This document shows, piece by piece, positions 27,399 to 37,911 of a stretch of DNA of 64,000 nucleotides (the first letter of the stretch is position 1; every line of letters begins with the position of its first letter). The notes below the pieces were generated by a model. The model worked only from the letters and a program-made list of their open reading frames with translations, did no database searches and was not told the origin of the DNA. This stretch comes from a virus. Position numbers and translations under genes: made by a program. The DNA lies in IMG/VR virus record IMGVR_UViG_3300045922_000293, positions 32,001 to 96,000 of that record; one strand, 5' to 3'.

Positions 27399-30300
27399 TT
27401 GACGCCCATGAGTATTTTCCCTACCTATGCTCCTCCCGGTGTATACACACAGACGCGCGCACAGCAAGATGCGAGTGGCCCTCCCAATGGCCTCCGTCTC
27501 CCCGTGTTTATCGGTACGGGCAAAGAGACGTTGCGTCGCGTCAACCTAGAGCTGATTAGGGGTTCTTCTGTACAAGCGGATCAGCGCATTAATCGTGAGT
27601 CTGTCGCGGAGCGCGCTATTATAGCACAGACGGGCGAGACCACTTTCGTGCTAGGTGCGTTTGATGGTGTCACGAATCGTATTCAGGTTTTGAATTTTCC
27701 GATTACGAATGGGAGCGGCCAGGGCCTTCCGAGCAATAATGTGGCGGATGTGGTTGTGACGGTGAACGGCATCCCCGTCCGTCCCGCCGGAATGCGCGGC
27801 GCGTTAGGTGTGATCACGCTTCAAATTCCCCCGTTGCCCGGTGATGATGTGCGCGTGACGTACTCGTTCAAGCGCACGGACACCCTCATCACAGATGATC
27901 TCAGTGCTCAGGTCACCACCCAACCCGCTCGATTGTTTGGTGCTTTGCCTGAACCTTATACGATTGTATCAGGCGTCAATGACACCCTGATTTTGATCGT
28001 TGATGGTGTGACACATACCCGCACCTTACCTGCTGTGACGGGTATCACGGCTTCGGATCTTGCGGTACAAATCAATGGCTTGCTTATCCCCGGTTTGACG
28101 GTGTTTGCGGATACTGATAATAGGGGTCAGGGCCGTCTTGTGTTCGAGGCAGCGCAGGGGATCCTTATCGGGGCGGGAACCGCAAACGGGGTGCTAGGAT
28201 TCATCACGGGACAGCGTACAAGGCGCAATCAGGTATTCTTCACGAATCAGGGGCCGATTGTGGATGGTCGTAACGGCGGCATCACGACGACGGACCCAAC
28301 AGATGTGAGCGTGCGCGTGGACAACGTGCCTGTCATTCCCCTTGCGGTGGATGGGACAAACTACTCAGTCACGTTGCCCTTTGCACCAGCGCCGGGGGCT
28401 CGGGTTGAAATCACCTATTTCTTTAATGCTTGGCAAGACACGTTTGACTACCTTCCTGATACGGGAGTCACGAATGTGCTTCAGGTGGGAAACATCCCCG
28501 ACAAGCGCGATTATCGTGAAGAGCTTGATTATGTGGTCCTAAATGATCGCATCCTATGGGGTGCCGCGACGAATATCATGTCGGGTGTGAACACGGGGGG
28601 CACGGATCCTTTCGGATCGGAGCAGATCTCAACGCTTCTGATCGATAACCGTATGTATCTAGAGCGCGCGACAAGATTTGTGGATCGTTCCGTAAGCCCC
28701 GCCCGCGAGTCGAATACGACGTTTATTCTTGAAAATATTCCCACGCTAGGTAATGGGCGGGATACGCCACTGAATCTTGACGTCTTTCATGCGGTCGCCA
28801 ACGATCGTATTCAGGTGCCCTCAAATCGAACGGATTTGATTCAAGTCTTTACAGGCCCCAACTTATCGAGTGCTCTGCTTGAAGGCCCGAGAAGCGTTGT
28901 GCGTGTTACGGCGACAAATCGTAGGGTGACATTAGCGGAGCCAATCCCACCTGATCATTTCATTTGGGTGTCTTATTACTATAATCGTCTGCGTGATGAT
29001 CGTTATACGCTAGAGGTGCAGACGCAGACTTCGGGTCTTATTCCGGGCCAGTACACGGTCACGTCACGACTCCAGGGTCAACGCTTGTATGATGTGCGTT
29101 TTGGTACGACAACTTCTAGCGTGCCGATTGCATGGCCCTCCGGTGTTGAGACGGATCCTGACGGGTTCATTGTAGGAGGTCAGGGGCGTAATGAAACCGT
29201 GACGGTCACATTTACGCAGATTCCTGCCACCCCCGCAATTCTCACGAATACGTCAACGGGGCCTTATGACCTGTATGCGACTTTATCAGATCGGCTTTAT
29301 ATCAATGTATCAGGGACGCCGACTACAACGAATTTGAATCAGCCCGCTCCGGGCACCCTTGTGAGCGGCGCGCATCCTTCTGCAACATTGTTCACCTTTA
29401 CCCCTTCAAATAACGTCTTCTCTTTTGAGCTGGATGGGGTGGTGTTCAATGCGAATATTCCCGCAGGTGTGTACACGGGTCCGCAGATTGTTGAGCGTAT
29501 GAATCGCGCCGCGTTGCCCTTATCTACCGTGACGGCGGGCATTGCACAGCCTTATGATATTATCTCACAGGTGCAAGGCACGAATGCCGCGCCGTTTGAT
29601 ATCTTCTCGCAGATCACGGGGTCACAAGTTGGGCCGTTCAATATCTTCGCAGCGGTGCAAGGTACGAACGCGGGGCCTTTTGATATCTTTGCAGAGATTC
29701 TTGGGACGAATGTGGGGCCTTTTGATACGTTCGCGACGCTGACCACGCCTAGCTCCGAGCCTTTTGATACCACACTCGGCAATCATGTTTTTGATCTTAC
29801 GGTCAACGGTGTCCCTGTAAGCGTCAACCTCACGGTGGGCGCGGCAGAGACGGCGGCTACCCTGATCGCGGATATTACCGCCGAGCTGACGCTTCAAGGC
29901 TTAAATGTCGGGCCTTTGACCTTCCCCACTACAAATGATGTGGAGGTCTTGAATCAGGCGGGTGCAATTGAAATACGCGCAACAGATTCAGTGGTCATCG
30001 GCGCAGGTACGGCGAACACACCTTTTGGTTTTGTAGGCGGCGAGACGAGTAACGCTGTGGTGAATTTTGACGTTGAAATTAACGGCACAGGTGTGAATGC
30101 GATTCTACAGGGAGCGGCGGCTGTGCCAACATCAGCGGTGATTACCGCGTTGAGCGCAGCGGCGACCGCAGCGGCATTCAATGTGGGCCCACTCAATGTA
30201 TTGACAAATGATGTGGTGTTTGAAAACATTGCGGGGGCGGTGCGTATCCGATCAACCAACACCGTCGAGATCGGATTGCAGACGATCACTAACACCCTTC

Positions 30301-33300
30301 TCGGCTTTGCAGACGCAGATCTTGACCGAGCGGATAATGCACTTGAGTTCAATATTGATGTAAACGCCGCCCCCATCGCTGTCCCTGTAACATTGCGAGG
30401 TGGTATCGCGATCCCCACAAGCCGTATCGCGGAAGATGTCAATGATGCGATTGCGTTAGCGGGCCTGACTCAGGGACCATTGACGACACTCACGAATCAA
30501 GCCCATGCTCTTGTGGGCCCGGGGCAAACGCTACGCATTGAAGTGAAAGAGTCGATCACTGTGCTTGCGGAGACTGCAAACGGTGCGCTTGGTCTAGTGC
30601 CCGCTACGATCACCGCCCCGAATGTGTTTGACTTCACTGTCAATACCATTCCTGTCACAGCCTCTTTACTTGGGAATGCGGCGGGCCGTCATGTTCCCGC
30701 TGCAAATATTGCGACAGCACTGAACGCTGCCGCAGCTTTGGCGGGTGTGACCGTGGGCGTGCTTACGGTCCCCGGTAATGATTTTGATGCGGCGGTGTTA
30801 GCGGCTTCTATTCTACAGCTTCAGGCCACGCAGAATATCACGATCGGCGCGGGGACCGCTAACCCCGTATTAGGCTTTACCAATCTCGCTACAGCATCCT
30901 CCCCCAATACGTTTGACCTTGAAGTGAACGGCACCCCCGTCACGGTCTTGTTTAACGGGGGGAGGGGTATTGCTGCGTCACAGATTCAAACCGAGATCGA
31001 GGCTGCTTTGATCAGCTCTTTGATTGTGGTAGGGGACGTGAGTGTGAGTGGTAATGAGGCGGATGTGAGTGTTCAGAACGGGCGTGTCCGTATCAGGGCG
31101 AGGGACTCTGTTGAGGTGCTTGCAGGGAATGCCAACCCTGTGTTAGGATTTGCAGACAACACGGCGGTCACCACCTCAGATCAGCTCACCTTTATCATGA
31201 ATGGTGTCCCCGTCAACGTCACATTAAATCGTCTTGCGAATCAAAGTGCCCTCTCTATTGCTGCCCAGATCAATGCTCAAGCGGTCGTGGCAGGTCTCAA
31301 TGTGGGCCCAATCACGACACCGGGATTTGAGGCGCAGGCGGTGAGCGTCAACGGGCGTCTACAGGTGCAAGCGTATCAGGATCTTGAGGTAGTTGCGGCG
31401 TCAGCGAACGGGATTTTTGGTCTTGTGCCTAGTGTGCTGCCCTCCAATGTGGAATTTGCAAAATATCGATCGGGCCTCAATACGGATCGATTCTTGATCC
31501 GATCCCGTGTACTCCCCACCAATCCCTCACAGGTAAGCCGTATCCGTATCCTGAGCGGAACCGCAAATGCAACGCTTCTGTTTACCCCGTTTGCGGATGC
31601 CACGGGAACAGAGCGCGCGGTCAACAAGCCCGCTACGGTGATTGGTACGAATGTGACTCCTTTGCAAATTCAGAATCTTGCACTTCAAAATCCTGTCTTG
31701 CGTGTACGCTTGCAGGGGTCTGAATTTCAAGTCACGGGCTTTACGCTTGTCACGAACTTAGCGGATGTGGCCAACGTCATCAACACCGTGATCGCAGGGG
31801 CGGGCAGTGTGACAGTGGAGGGTCAGCGTTTGCGTGTGACCAGTGCGGTGGATACCCCCGACAGCCTTGTGGAGATCGTGCCTGCTCCCGCCAATAGTTT
31901 CTTAGGATTTACGGGAACGGAGCGCGGGGTGTTGCGACGAGTCGCCGCATCAGAAGTGGCAGCGGTCCTCAATTGGCAGTCTTTAGACTGGCTCGCGCCC
32001 TCGGCTACAGACTTCAATGGTCAAGCCTTTGCGGATGTGTTGGGTGTTCAGGGTCAAGGGTCATTCTTGCGTATGACCACGTTTGAGGAAGGCGCGCTCC
32101 GCTCTCTTCTGATCGCGACGGGTGTACAGGATGCCACCAATGATACGGTGATTGGTCTACAGCCTGGGGATAATGCTAGCGGTACAGATCCTATTGACGG
32201 GTTTCATGTCACGTCAAACATCCCGAATGGGTCAAGCGGTCATGGTACGGTGGGGCGAACCTATACGGATGCCGTCACGGGGCTCAGGTTCACGGTCCTC
32301 GCTCCTACAGGTGGGGCTTATGTAGTAGGTGAGAGTTTTACTCTTGTTGTGTCGGACACATTCTTGACGGGAGCAAGACCAACACAGGCGATGCCTGGCC
32401 TTGAGACGATTGTGACCACTACGGCTGGCGTAGGCGTTCTTGATACGGGTATTCTCGACTCTTATGATGGGGGTGGCTTTGAGCCCCGTGTCAATGATTT
32501 TTATTACATGTCTTATGACTATGTAAAGCCTGATTTCGACATACGCTTGTTCACTTCATTAGCGGATGTGATTGCGGAGTATGGGGATCTAGACGTAGAT
32601 AATGCTTTGACTGTGGCGGCATTCTTGGCTTTCCAGAATGGTGCTAGCGTGATTGCATGCAAGCAGGTTGTGCGTCAGCCCGGACTTGATCAGGCATCCT
32701 CTACAGCTTATATTCAAGCGATTCAGGATCTGGAGAAACCTTTAGCGGGGGGCATTAACGCGGATGTGATTGTCCCTCTCACGTTTGATCTTAATGTGTT
32801 CAATGCCGCCGTGAGATCGGCGGAGGTACAATCCTCTATCCGCTATCGTCAAGAGCGTTCCTGCATCTTCGGTGTAGCCTCGGGTGTACGCCCGCAAGAG
32901 GCGCAGGCATTGGCGCGGGGGCTTCGCTCAGAGAGGGCGGTGATCGTGTACCCCGATTCATTGATTATCTCCTTGCCGGATGCATTAGGCATATCACGTC
33001 AGTTTGTTGTGGATGGAGTGTTTGCTGCCGCTGCTTTCGCGGGTCTTAGTGTGTCACCTCAATTTGATATTGCGGAGCCAATGACCCGCAAGAGTATTGC
33101 AGGTTTTGATCGCTTGAATCGATCCCTTGATGAGATCGAGAAGAATAGTCTCGCTATTGACGGTGTGACGGTTCTTGAAGATAATGGAGGATCGGTGCGT
33201 GTGCGACATAGCCGTACGACGGATCCTTCAAGTGTATTTACGTCAGAACCAAGCGTTGTAGCGATCAAAGACTTTGTTCAGATCCGAACCCGACGGGTAT

Positions 33301-33533
33301 TGGATCGCTATATTGGTCAGAAGTTCTTGATCAGCCGTGCAGCGGATGTGGAAACCACCCTATCGGGCTTGCTCAATTCTCTTGTGGACTCTGAGATCAT
33401 TAGGGGATTTGGTGGGGTGAGCGCCGTCCCCAGTCCGATTGATCCTACGGCGCTTGAAGTGGTAGCATTTTACAGCCCAGTCTTTCCTCTGAATTTCATC
33501 CGCCTCACATTTACCCTCCGATCCTCAACCTAA
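27399..33533 (+). CDS. Contractile tail sheath protein, very large (2044 aa)
   Basis: N-terminal YAPPGVYTQ; C-terminal sheath domain ending YSPVFPLNFIRLTF; repeated inserted domains. ATG 27408 is the likely start. Confidence 0.9.
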   Translation: MTPMSIFPTYAPPGVYTQTRAQQDASGPPNGLRLPVFIGTGKETLRRVNLELIRGSSVQADQRINRESVAERAIIAQTGETTFVLGAFDGVTNRIQVLNFPITNGSGQGLPSNNVADVVVTVNGIPVRPAGMRGALGVITLQIPPLPGDDVRVTYSFKRTDTLITDDLSAQVTTQPARLFGALPEPYTIVSGVNDTLILIVDGVTHTRTLPAVTGITASDLAVQINGLLIPGLTVFADTDNRGQGRLVFEAAQGILIGAGTANGVLGFITGQRTRRNQVFFTNQGPIVDGRNGGITTTDPTDVSVRVDNVPVIPLAVDGTNYSVTLPFAPAPGARVEITYFFNAWQDTFDYLPDTGVTNVLQVGNIPDKRDYREELDYVVLNDRILWGAATNIMSGVNTGGTDPFGSEQISTLLIDNRMYLERATRFVDRSVSPARESNTTFILENIPTLGNGRDTPLNLDVFHAVANDRIQVPSNRTDLIQVFTGPNLSSALLEGPRSVVRVTATNRRVTLAEPIPPDHFIWVSYYYNRLRDDRYTLEVQTQTSGLIPGQYTVTSRLQGQRLYDVRFGTTTSSVPIAWPSGVETDPDGFIVGGQGRNETVTVTFTQIPATPAILTNTSTGPYDLYATLSDRLYINVSGTPTTTNLNQPAPGTLVSGAHPSATLFTFTPSNNVFSFELDGVVFNANIPAGVYTGPQIVERMNRAALPLSTVTAGIAQPYDIISQVQGTNAAPFDIFSQITGSQVGPFNIFAAVQGTNAGPFDIFAEILGTNVGPFDTFATLTTPSSEPFDTTLGNHVFDLTVNGVPVSVNLTVGAAETAATLIADITAELTLQGLNVGPLTFPTTNDVEVLNQAGAIEIRATDSVVIGAGTANTPFGFVGGETSNAVVNFDVEINGTGVNAILQGAAAVPTSAVITALSAAATAAAFNVGPLNVLTNDVVFENIAGAVRIRSTNTVEIGLQTITNTLLGFADADLDRADNALEFNIDVNAAPIAVPVTLRGGIAIPTSRIAEDVNDAIALAGLTQGPLTTLTNQAHALVGPGQTLRIEVKESITVLAETANGALGLVPATITAPNVFDFTVNTIPVTASLLGNAAGRHVPAANIATALNAAAALAGVTVGVLTVPGNDFDAAVLAASILQLQATQNITIGAGTANPVLGFTNLATASSPNTFDLEVNGTPVTVLFNGGRGIAASQIQTEIEAALISSLIVVGDVSVSGNEADVSVQNGRVRIRARDSVEVLAGNANPVLGFADNTAVTTSDQLTFIMNGVPVNVTLNRLANQSALSIAAQINAQAVVAGLNVGPITTPGFEAQAVSVNGRLQVQAYQDLEVVAASANGIFGLVPSVLPSNVEFAKYRSGLNTDRFLIRSRVLPTNPSQVSRIRILSGTANATLLFTPFADATGTERAVNKPATVIGTNVTPLQIQNLALQNPVLRVRLQGSEFQVTGFTLVTNLADVANVINTVIAGAGSVTVEGQRLRVTSAVDTPDSLVEIVPAPANSFLGFTGTERGVLRRVAASEVAAVLNWQSLDWLAPSATDFNGQAFADVLGVQGQGSFLRMTTFEEGALRSLLIATGVQDATNDTVIGLQPGDNASGTDPIDGFHVTSNIPNGSSGHGTVGRTYTDAVTGLRFTVLAPTGGAYVVGESFTLVVSDTFLTGARPTQAMPGLETIVTTTAGVGVLDTGILDSYDGGGFEPRVNDFYYMSYDYVKPDFDIRLFTSLADVIAEYGDLDVDNALTVAAFLAFQNGASVIACKQVVRQPGLDQASSTAYIQAIQDLEKPLAGGINADVIVPLTFDLNVFNAAVRSAEVQSSIRYRQERSCIFGVASGVRPQEAQALARGLRSERAVIVYPDSLIISLPDALGISRQFVVDGVFAAAAFAGLSVSPQFDIAEPMTRKSIAGFDRLNRSLDEIEKNSLAIDGVTVLEDNGGSVRVRHSRTTDPSSVFTSEPSVVAIKDFVQIRTRRVLDRYIGQKFLISRAADVETTLSGLLNSLVDSEIIRGFGGVSAVPSPIDPTALEVVAFYSPVFPLNFIRLTFTLRSST
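29526..31425 (+). repeat. Six 14-aa repeats followed by six ~90-aa repeats within the sheath
   Basis: xxxGTNxxPFDI-type units at 29526-29771, then (F/L)xxxVNGxPV...AxxANxxLG(F/L) units at 29781-31425. Confidence 0.85.
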
Positions 33534-33616
33534 AGCCTATTTGAAAGCCCTCAAATCGAACCTAGCTAGATCTTGGCTACATCCTAATTGTCCCCCACAA
33601 AAATCATACTTTAGAC

Positions 33617-33645
33617 TTGAAAAGTATGTGTGAGCAGGGTATAAC
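33617..33645 (+). promoter_or_regulatory. Possible sigma70-like promoter upstream of chaperonin
   Basis: TTGAAA-17 nt-TATAAC. Confidence 0.35.
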
Positions 33646-33897
33646 CTGCTCGGGTCACTTTGAACCCTGATGAGTTGTTTAAGAGAGCGTTAAGGGTGTA
33701 TTCCCACAGCGGAGCCCAAACGTATGTATCTTCTTGGGGGAATTGTGGCCAGCGCCGCTCCATGGTTGATCTTGTAAGTGAGGTCCTTCAACCATCCTCA
33801 TGCTCAAGGGTGTAGGCTTGAGATAGGCCGTGCTTGGGCTAGAAGTTGTCTCCGGAGGGTGTGTAGAAGTTAGGAAGACGATGAAACATAAGAAGGA

Positions 33898-35544
33898 ATG
33901 AAGATGTCTAAAAAAACGATTGTGTATGGTGATGAGGCTAGGGCGAAGTTAGCAGCAGGTGTAGATACGATCGCCCAAGCAGTCGGCGTGACATTAGGGC
34001 CGCGCGGGCGGCATGTCATGATCGATCGTTTGGGAAATCCGCAAATCACGAAGGACGGAGTGACTGTAGCTCGTGAGGTAGAGCTCGACACACCTATTAG
34101 CCGCCTTGGGGCCCAAATGGCGCGGAACGCTTCCACAGCAACTGTAGCACAGAGCGGGGATGGCACGACGACAACGATGATCTTGACACAAGCTATGGTC
34201 AAGAATGCGAGGAAGCTCTTGACGGGCAATAGTAGCTTATCCCCTGTTCTGATGCAGAAGGGCATGATGCGCGCGTCAACCCTCGGGGCGGATTTTTTGA
34301 GAAGTATCTCAAGAAAGGTGGAGAGCCCCGAGGAGATCGCCAAGATTGCCTCATTGTCGAGTAATGGGGATCACCATCTAGGGGCATTGATCGCGCAAGC
34401 CTGTGAGACGGCGGGGGAGGAAGGCGTGATCATGGTGGAAGAAGGTAAGGGGATTCAGACGGTTTTGGAGTTTGAGGAAGGTTATTGTCTTGATCGCGGC
34501 TATTTTGATGTGATTTTTTGTGGGGATCCGTCAAAAACAGAGATTGAACTCGAAGATGCGTTTATCTTGATTTGTAATAAGAAGCTGACAGATGTCCATG
34601 AGAGCAAGCACGTGTTGCAATGGGTGGTCAGCATGGATCGCCCGCTTATCGTGATCGCTCATGACTTTGGGGGTGACTTTTTAAAGGCGATGTATCAAAA
34701 CAGCATCGCCAAAAATATCAATGTGGTGCCTGTTGTCGCCCCCTTATTTGGGGATAAGCGTGACATTCTTCTTGAGGACCTCGCGGTATTGACAGGCGGG
34801 ATGGTGATTGATGATATGGCGGGGATCACATTTAAAAGTGTGGAGCCGCAGGATATGATCGGGATTGCGCATCATGTACGCGTCACGAAGACGCGGACGA
34901 TCTTGTTTGACTGTACTTCGGATGCAGTCCGCTTAGAACAGCGCATTCGCCATGCTCAACATTTTGCAAGAACAAGCCCCAGCGAGTATGATAAAGAATT
35001 TCATCAACGCCGCGGATCTTATCTCGGGGGAGGCATGGCGATCATCCGCGTAGGCGCTCAGACTGAAGCGGAGATGAAGGCATATAAGGCCCGTGTGGAA
35101 GACGCCCTGGCTGCAACGAAGGCTGTGATCAAGGATGGCTTTGTGTTAGGCGGTGGTATGGCCTATTTAAAGACCTCAGAGTATCTCAAGGGTGTGTATC
35201 CCCAGATGAGCTTTGCCACGGAGGATGAGGAGGTTGGCTATCATCTTGTATGTGACGCTCTTGAAGCACCTCTCGTGAAACTTTTGGAGAATGCGCAGCT
35301 CAAGCAGCCTCATCGGATCTTGTATGCCGCGCAAGATTTAGGGTTTGAGGATGGTGCGGTCTATGACGTAGCACGGGGGGAATGGGTGGATGGGTATAGG
35401 GGAGGCATCATTGATCCAACGCTCGTGGTCCTGTCATCCCTGCATAATTCTGTGAGCACGGCATCCACGCTGATGATGGTGGAGGCCGTGATAGGCATCT
35501 CCGATATGGGTGAGTTTTCACCTTTTGGCATTGACCTTGCTTGA
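33898..35544 (+). CDS. groEL: GroEL-like group I chaperonin
   Basis: VTLGPRGR, ITKDGVTVA, GDGTTT, RVEDALAAT, GGG, GIIDP. No GGM tail. Confidence 0.95.
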   Translation: MKMSKKTIVYGDEARAKLAAGVDTIAQAVGVTLGPRGRHVMIDRLGNPQITKDGVTVAREVELDTPISRLGAQMARNASTATVAQSGDGTTTTMILTQAMVKNARKLLTGNSSLSPVLMQKGMMRASTLGADFLRSISRKVESPEEIAKIASLSSNGDHHLGALIAQACETAGEEGVIMVEEGKGIQTVLEFEEGYCLDRGYFDVIFCGDPSKTEIELEDAFILICNKKLTDVHESKHVLQWVVSMDRPLIVIAHDFGGDFLKAMYQNSIAKNINVVPVVAPLFGDKRDILLEDLAVLTGGMVIDDMAGITFKSVEPQDMIGIAHHVRVTKTRTILFDCTSDAVRLEQRIRHAQHFARTSPSEYDKEFHQRRGSYLGGGMAIIRVGAQTEAEMKAYKARVEDALAATKAVIKDGFVLGGGMAYLKTSEYLKGVYPQMSFATEDEEVGYHLVCDALEAPLVKLLENAQLKQPHRILYAAQDLGFEDGAVYDVARGEWVDGYRGGIIDPTLVVLSSLHNSVSTASTLMMVEAVIGISDMGEFSPFGIDLA

Positions 35545-35707
35545 GGTATGCCGTAAGAATGATGGGTTGTGCAGCCCCTCAGAGGAGGAGGAGGACATAC
35601 TTAATCGTATGGATAAAATTTGGAAAAAGCTCACACTAGAAGAGAAATCTATCACATTTACATCGAAGCTTTAGATGCTTCGATCCCATAGAAAGAAGGC
35701 ATTATAG

Positions 35708-36847
35708 ATGAGCAAGAGATTGATTATCTCCCATGCTGGGTGTAATGATGGTACATGGGCCGCGCATGTATGTCTAGCAAAATATCCTGATGCGAAGGTG
35801 TATTTTGCATCTTACCATCAAGACCCCCCTGATGTGACGGGTCTTGATGTGATCATGGTGGATTTTTCATATAAGCGAGCCGTTCTTCTTGATATGAAGG
35901 AGAAGGCAAACAGCTTGATTGTGTTGGACCATCATCTATCCGCTCAGGAGGATTTAGAGGGTCTTGATTTTTGCATCTTTGATCAAGAACATAGCGGCGC
36001 GGTCATGGCATGGTTGTATTTGTTCCCAGATCGCCCCGTGCCCGATCTTTTAAAGCGTGTGGAGGATTATGATCTTTGGCGGTTTCATTTTGAGGATACC
36101 AAGCGTGTAGTGCAGGGTATGTATTTGTACGGCAAAGATGATGTACAGCGTGAATTAGATATTGATGCTTTGCTTCAAGGTGTTGGTGACGATCGCCTGA
36201 CCTTTTATGCAGATGTGGGCTCAGTGCTTGTCAAGTCTTCCAATCATGCGGTGTCGCGATTAAAGAGCAAGGCCCATGATCTGAAGATAGGGGGGCATTG
36301 GGTCAAGGCTGTCAACACAACAGAATACGTCTCAGAATTAGGGGCCGAATTAGCTGCAAAGTCGAAATTCGCTGTGATTTGGAGTCTATCAAAGGATTCA
36401 CAGCACATTCAATTATCTTTCAGATCGGATCGTGATAATCCGGACCATATCAAAGTGAAAGATATTGCGACATCATTAGGCGGGGGTGGTCATGAATATG
36501 CTTCAGGTGCTAAGATGACATTGTCAGAATTCTTGCTGTGTTTGAATCCTTATAGGAATGCACGTTCAGAGGCTTATAGGGAGATCACGCCGGATGCCGT
36601 GCTTGATTTCCTCAAGCATCACGGATGGATTGAGGTAGCTTCAACGGATTATAAGAGGGGGGAGGTGTATCAGCCTTTGTATAGCGTGTGGGATCTGCCC
36701 AAGACTGAATTTCAAGTCTTGGTGCCGCATGATCCTGAAAGGTCTGAATATACGCAGCGTATGGCTGAAGTGGTGACACATCTTGCACAGGCACACCGTC
36801 GAGAGCGTCATGATATGATGTTCATGTTGATTCGTGGGTATAAGTGA
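35708..36847 (+). CDS. DHH-family phosphoesterase with DHHA1 and an extra C-terminal domain
   Basis: HxxCxDG, VDFS, LDHH, SGA, DxDLW, SFRS, GGGGHEYASG. Confidence 0.9.
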   Translation: MSKRLIISHAGCNDGTWAAHVCLAKYPDAKVYFASYHQDPPDVTGLDVIMVDFSYKRAVLLDMKEKANSLIVLDHHLSAQEDLEGLDFCIFDQEHSGAVMAWLYLFPDRPVPDLLKRVEDYDLWRFHFEDTKRVVQGMYLYGKDDVQRELDIDALLQGVGDDRLTFYADVGSVLVKSSNHAVSRLKSKAHDLKIGGHWVKAVNTTEYVSELGAELAAKSKFAVIWSLSKDSQHIQLSFRSDRDNPDHIKVKDIATSLGGGGHEYASGAKMTLSEFLLCLNPYRNARSEAYREITPDAVLDFLKHHGWIEVASTDYKRGEVYQPLYSVWDLPKTEFQVLVPHDPERSEYTQRMAEVVTHLAQAHRRERHDMMFMLIRGYK

Positions 36848-37242
36848 TGCCGATATCCAATATGAAGAATAATCAGGCTTTGACTTTCAAATGGGTGGTG
36901 GCGCATCCTTATTCAAAAAATCAAGTGAAGAATGTGCTGGTATTAGATGCCTTTGGGTTTCAGCCTAGTCTTGAGAGCCTTGACGTGTTTGAGCGTGATG
37001 TGCGTGAGGGGGGCTGGAAGGCATTTCGCGTGATTGTAAAAAAGGGTCAGATCACGTTTGCCATGATCTGGGATACAAAGCAAAAAGAATCGTATCTTGA
37101 TTACATTTATACATGCGGCGTCTGGTCGGGGCGCATCTTGTCCTATCTTGAAACACATGTGAGCATCTCTGATACGATTCATGATGAAGAGGATGAAGAG
37201 GATGAAGAGGATCATGGGGAGGATCAGGAGGATGAGGATTAA
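36844..37242 (+). CDS. Hypothetical protein with acidic tail
   Basis: Overlap-coupled ORF. Confidence 0.6.
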   Translation: MMPISNMKNNQALTFKWVVAHPYSKNQVKNVLVLDAFGFQPSLESLDVFERDVREGGWKAFRVIVKKGQITFAMIWDTKQKESYLDYIYTCGVWSGRILSYLETHVSISDTIHDEEDEEDEEDHGEDQEDED

Positions 37243-37280
37243 GTGTTTTAATTTGAAGCATCATAATAATCTGCCCTTTT

Positions 37281-37883
37281 TTGACAAGGTATTTTGTTAT
37301 GATACGACACCTCGCTTTAGAATGCTTGTTCAAGCTGGCCTCCTTTCAATATGATCAAGAGCCTAGTGATCCCGCCCAATATCAACGTTGGTATGATCAA
37401 CAACATGAGCACAACGTTGTTGTGGACGATTCATCAGGTCATAGTGAAATCTTGTCCCCCCGTGAGCCTTATTATGTGCGGGTAGCAGCGGCGATCCATC
37501 CGGATCTATCCCTAACAATTCAGCTTATTTCTAACATCTCAAAGAGTCTTACGGAAGGGCTTGACACATGGGATGAAGAGCGTGTAGAATTGTATCTGGA
37601 TATGATTGAAGACCTTGCGGATTTTGCCGAAGATGTCTTTGATCTGGAACCCCTTGAAGAGGATCTAAGAGAAGTCTACGCTGTTACAAAAAGGCGGCGA
37701 CCTTCTAAATCCACGGATTACCGTAAGTATCGCCAATATTGGCGTAAGAATCGTCAAAAGTATCGCCAAAAGAAGCGCAAACAGCGCTTAGATTATCGTA
37801 AAAATAAGAATAAAATCAAGCGTCGCCGCAAACTTTTAAAGAACCGCCCGAAGGGTCGTGTGAGAAAGCCACAAGCATTTTAG
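37281..37883 (+). CDS. Hypothetical protein with very basic C-terminus
   Basis: Acidic core followed by a K/R-rich tail of about 60 aa. Likely start ATG 37299. Confidence 0.65.
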   Translation: MTRYFVMIRHLALECLFKLASFQYDQEPSDPAQYQRWYDQQHEHNVVVDDSSGHSEILSPREPYYVRVAAAIHPDLSLTIQLISNISKSLTEGLDTWDEERVELYLDMIEDLADFAEDVFDLEPLEEDLREVYAVTKRRRPSKSTDYRKYRQYWRKNRQKYRQKKRKQRLDYRKNKNKIKRRRKLLKNRPKGRVRKPQAF

Positions 37884-37911
37884 TACCGGAATGCATGTAG
37901 GAGACTAGCTA

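Noticed and set aside
27399-33533. Extracellular contractile injection system or tailocin
   Set aside because: A full capsid module and phage-type accessory genes are present.
33666-33725. Hammerhead ribozyme (CTGATGAG core)
   Set aside because: No stem II followed by GAAA and no matching cleavage-site arm.
37281-37303. TTGACA hexamers as sigma70 -35 boxes (also at 42101 and 47780)
   Set aside because: Spacing to the nearest -10-like hexamer is non-canonical (about 11, 15 and 20 nt).
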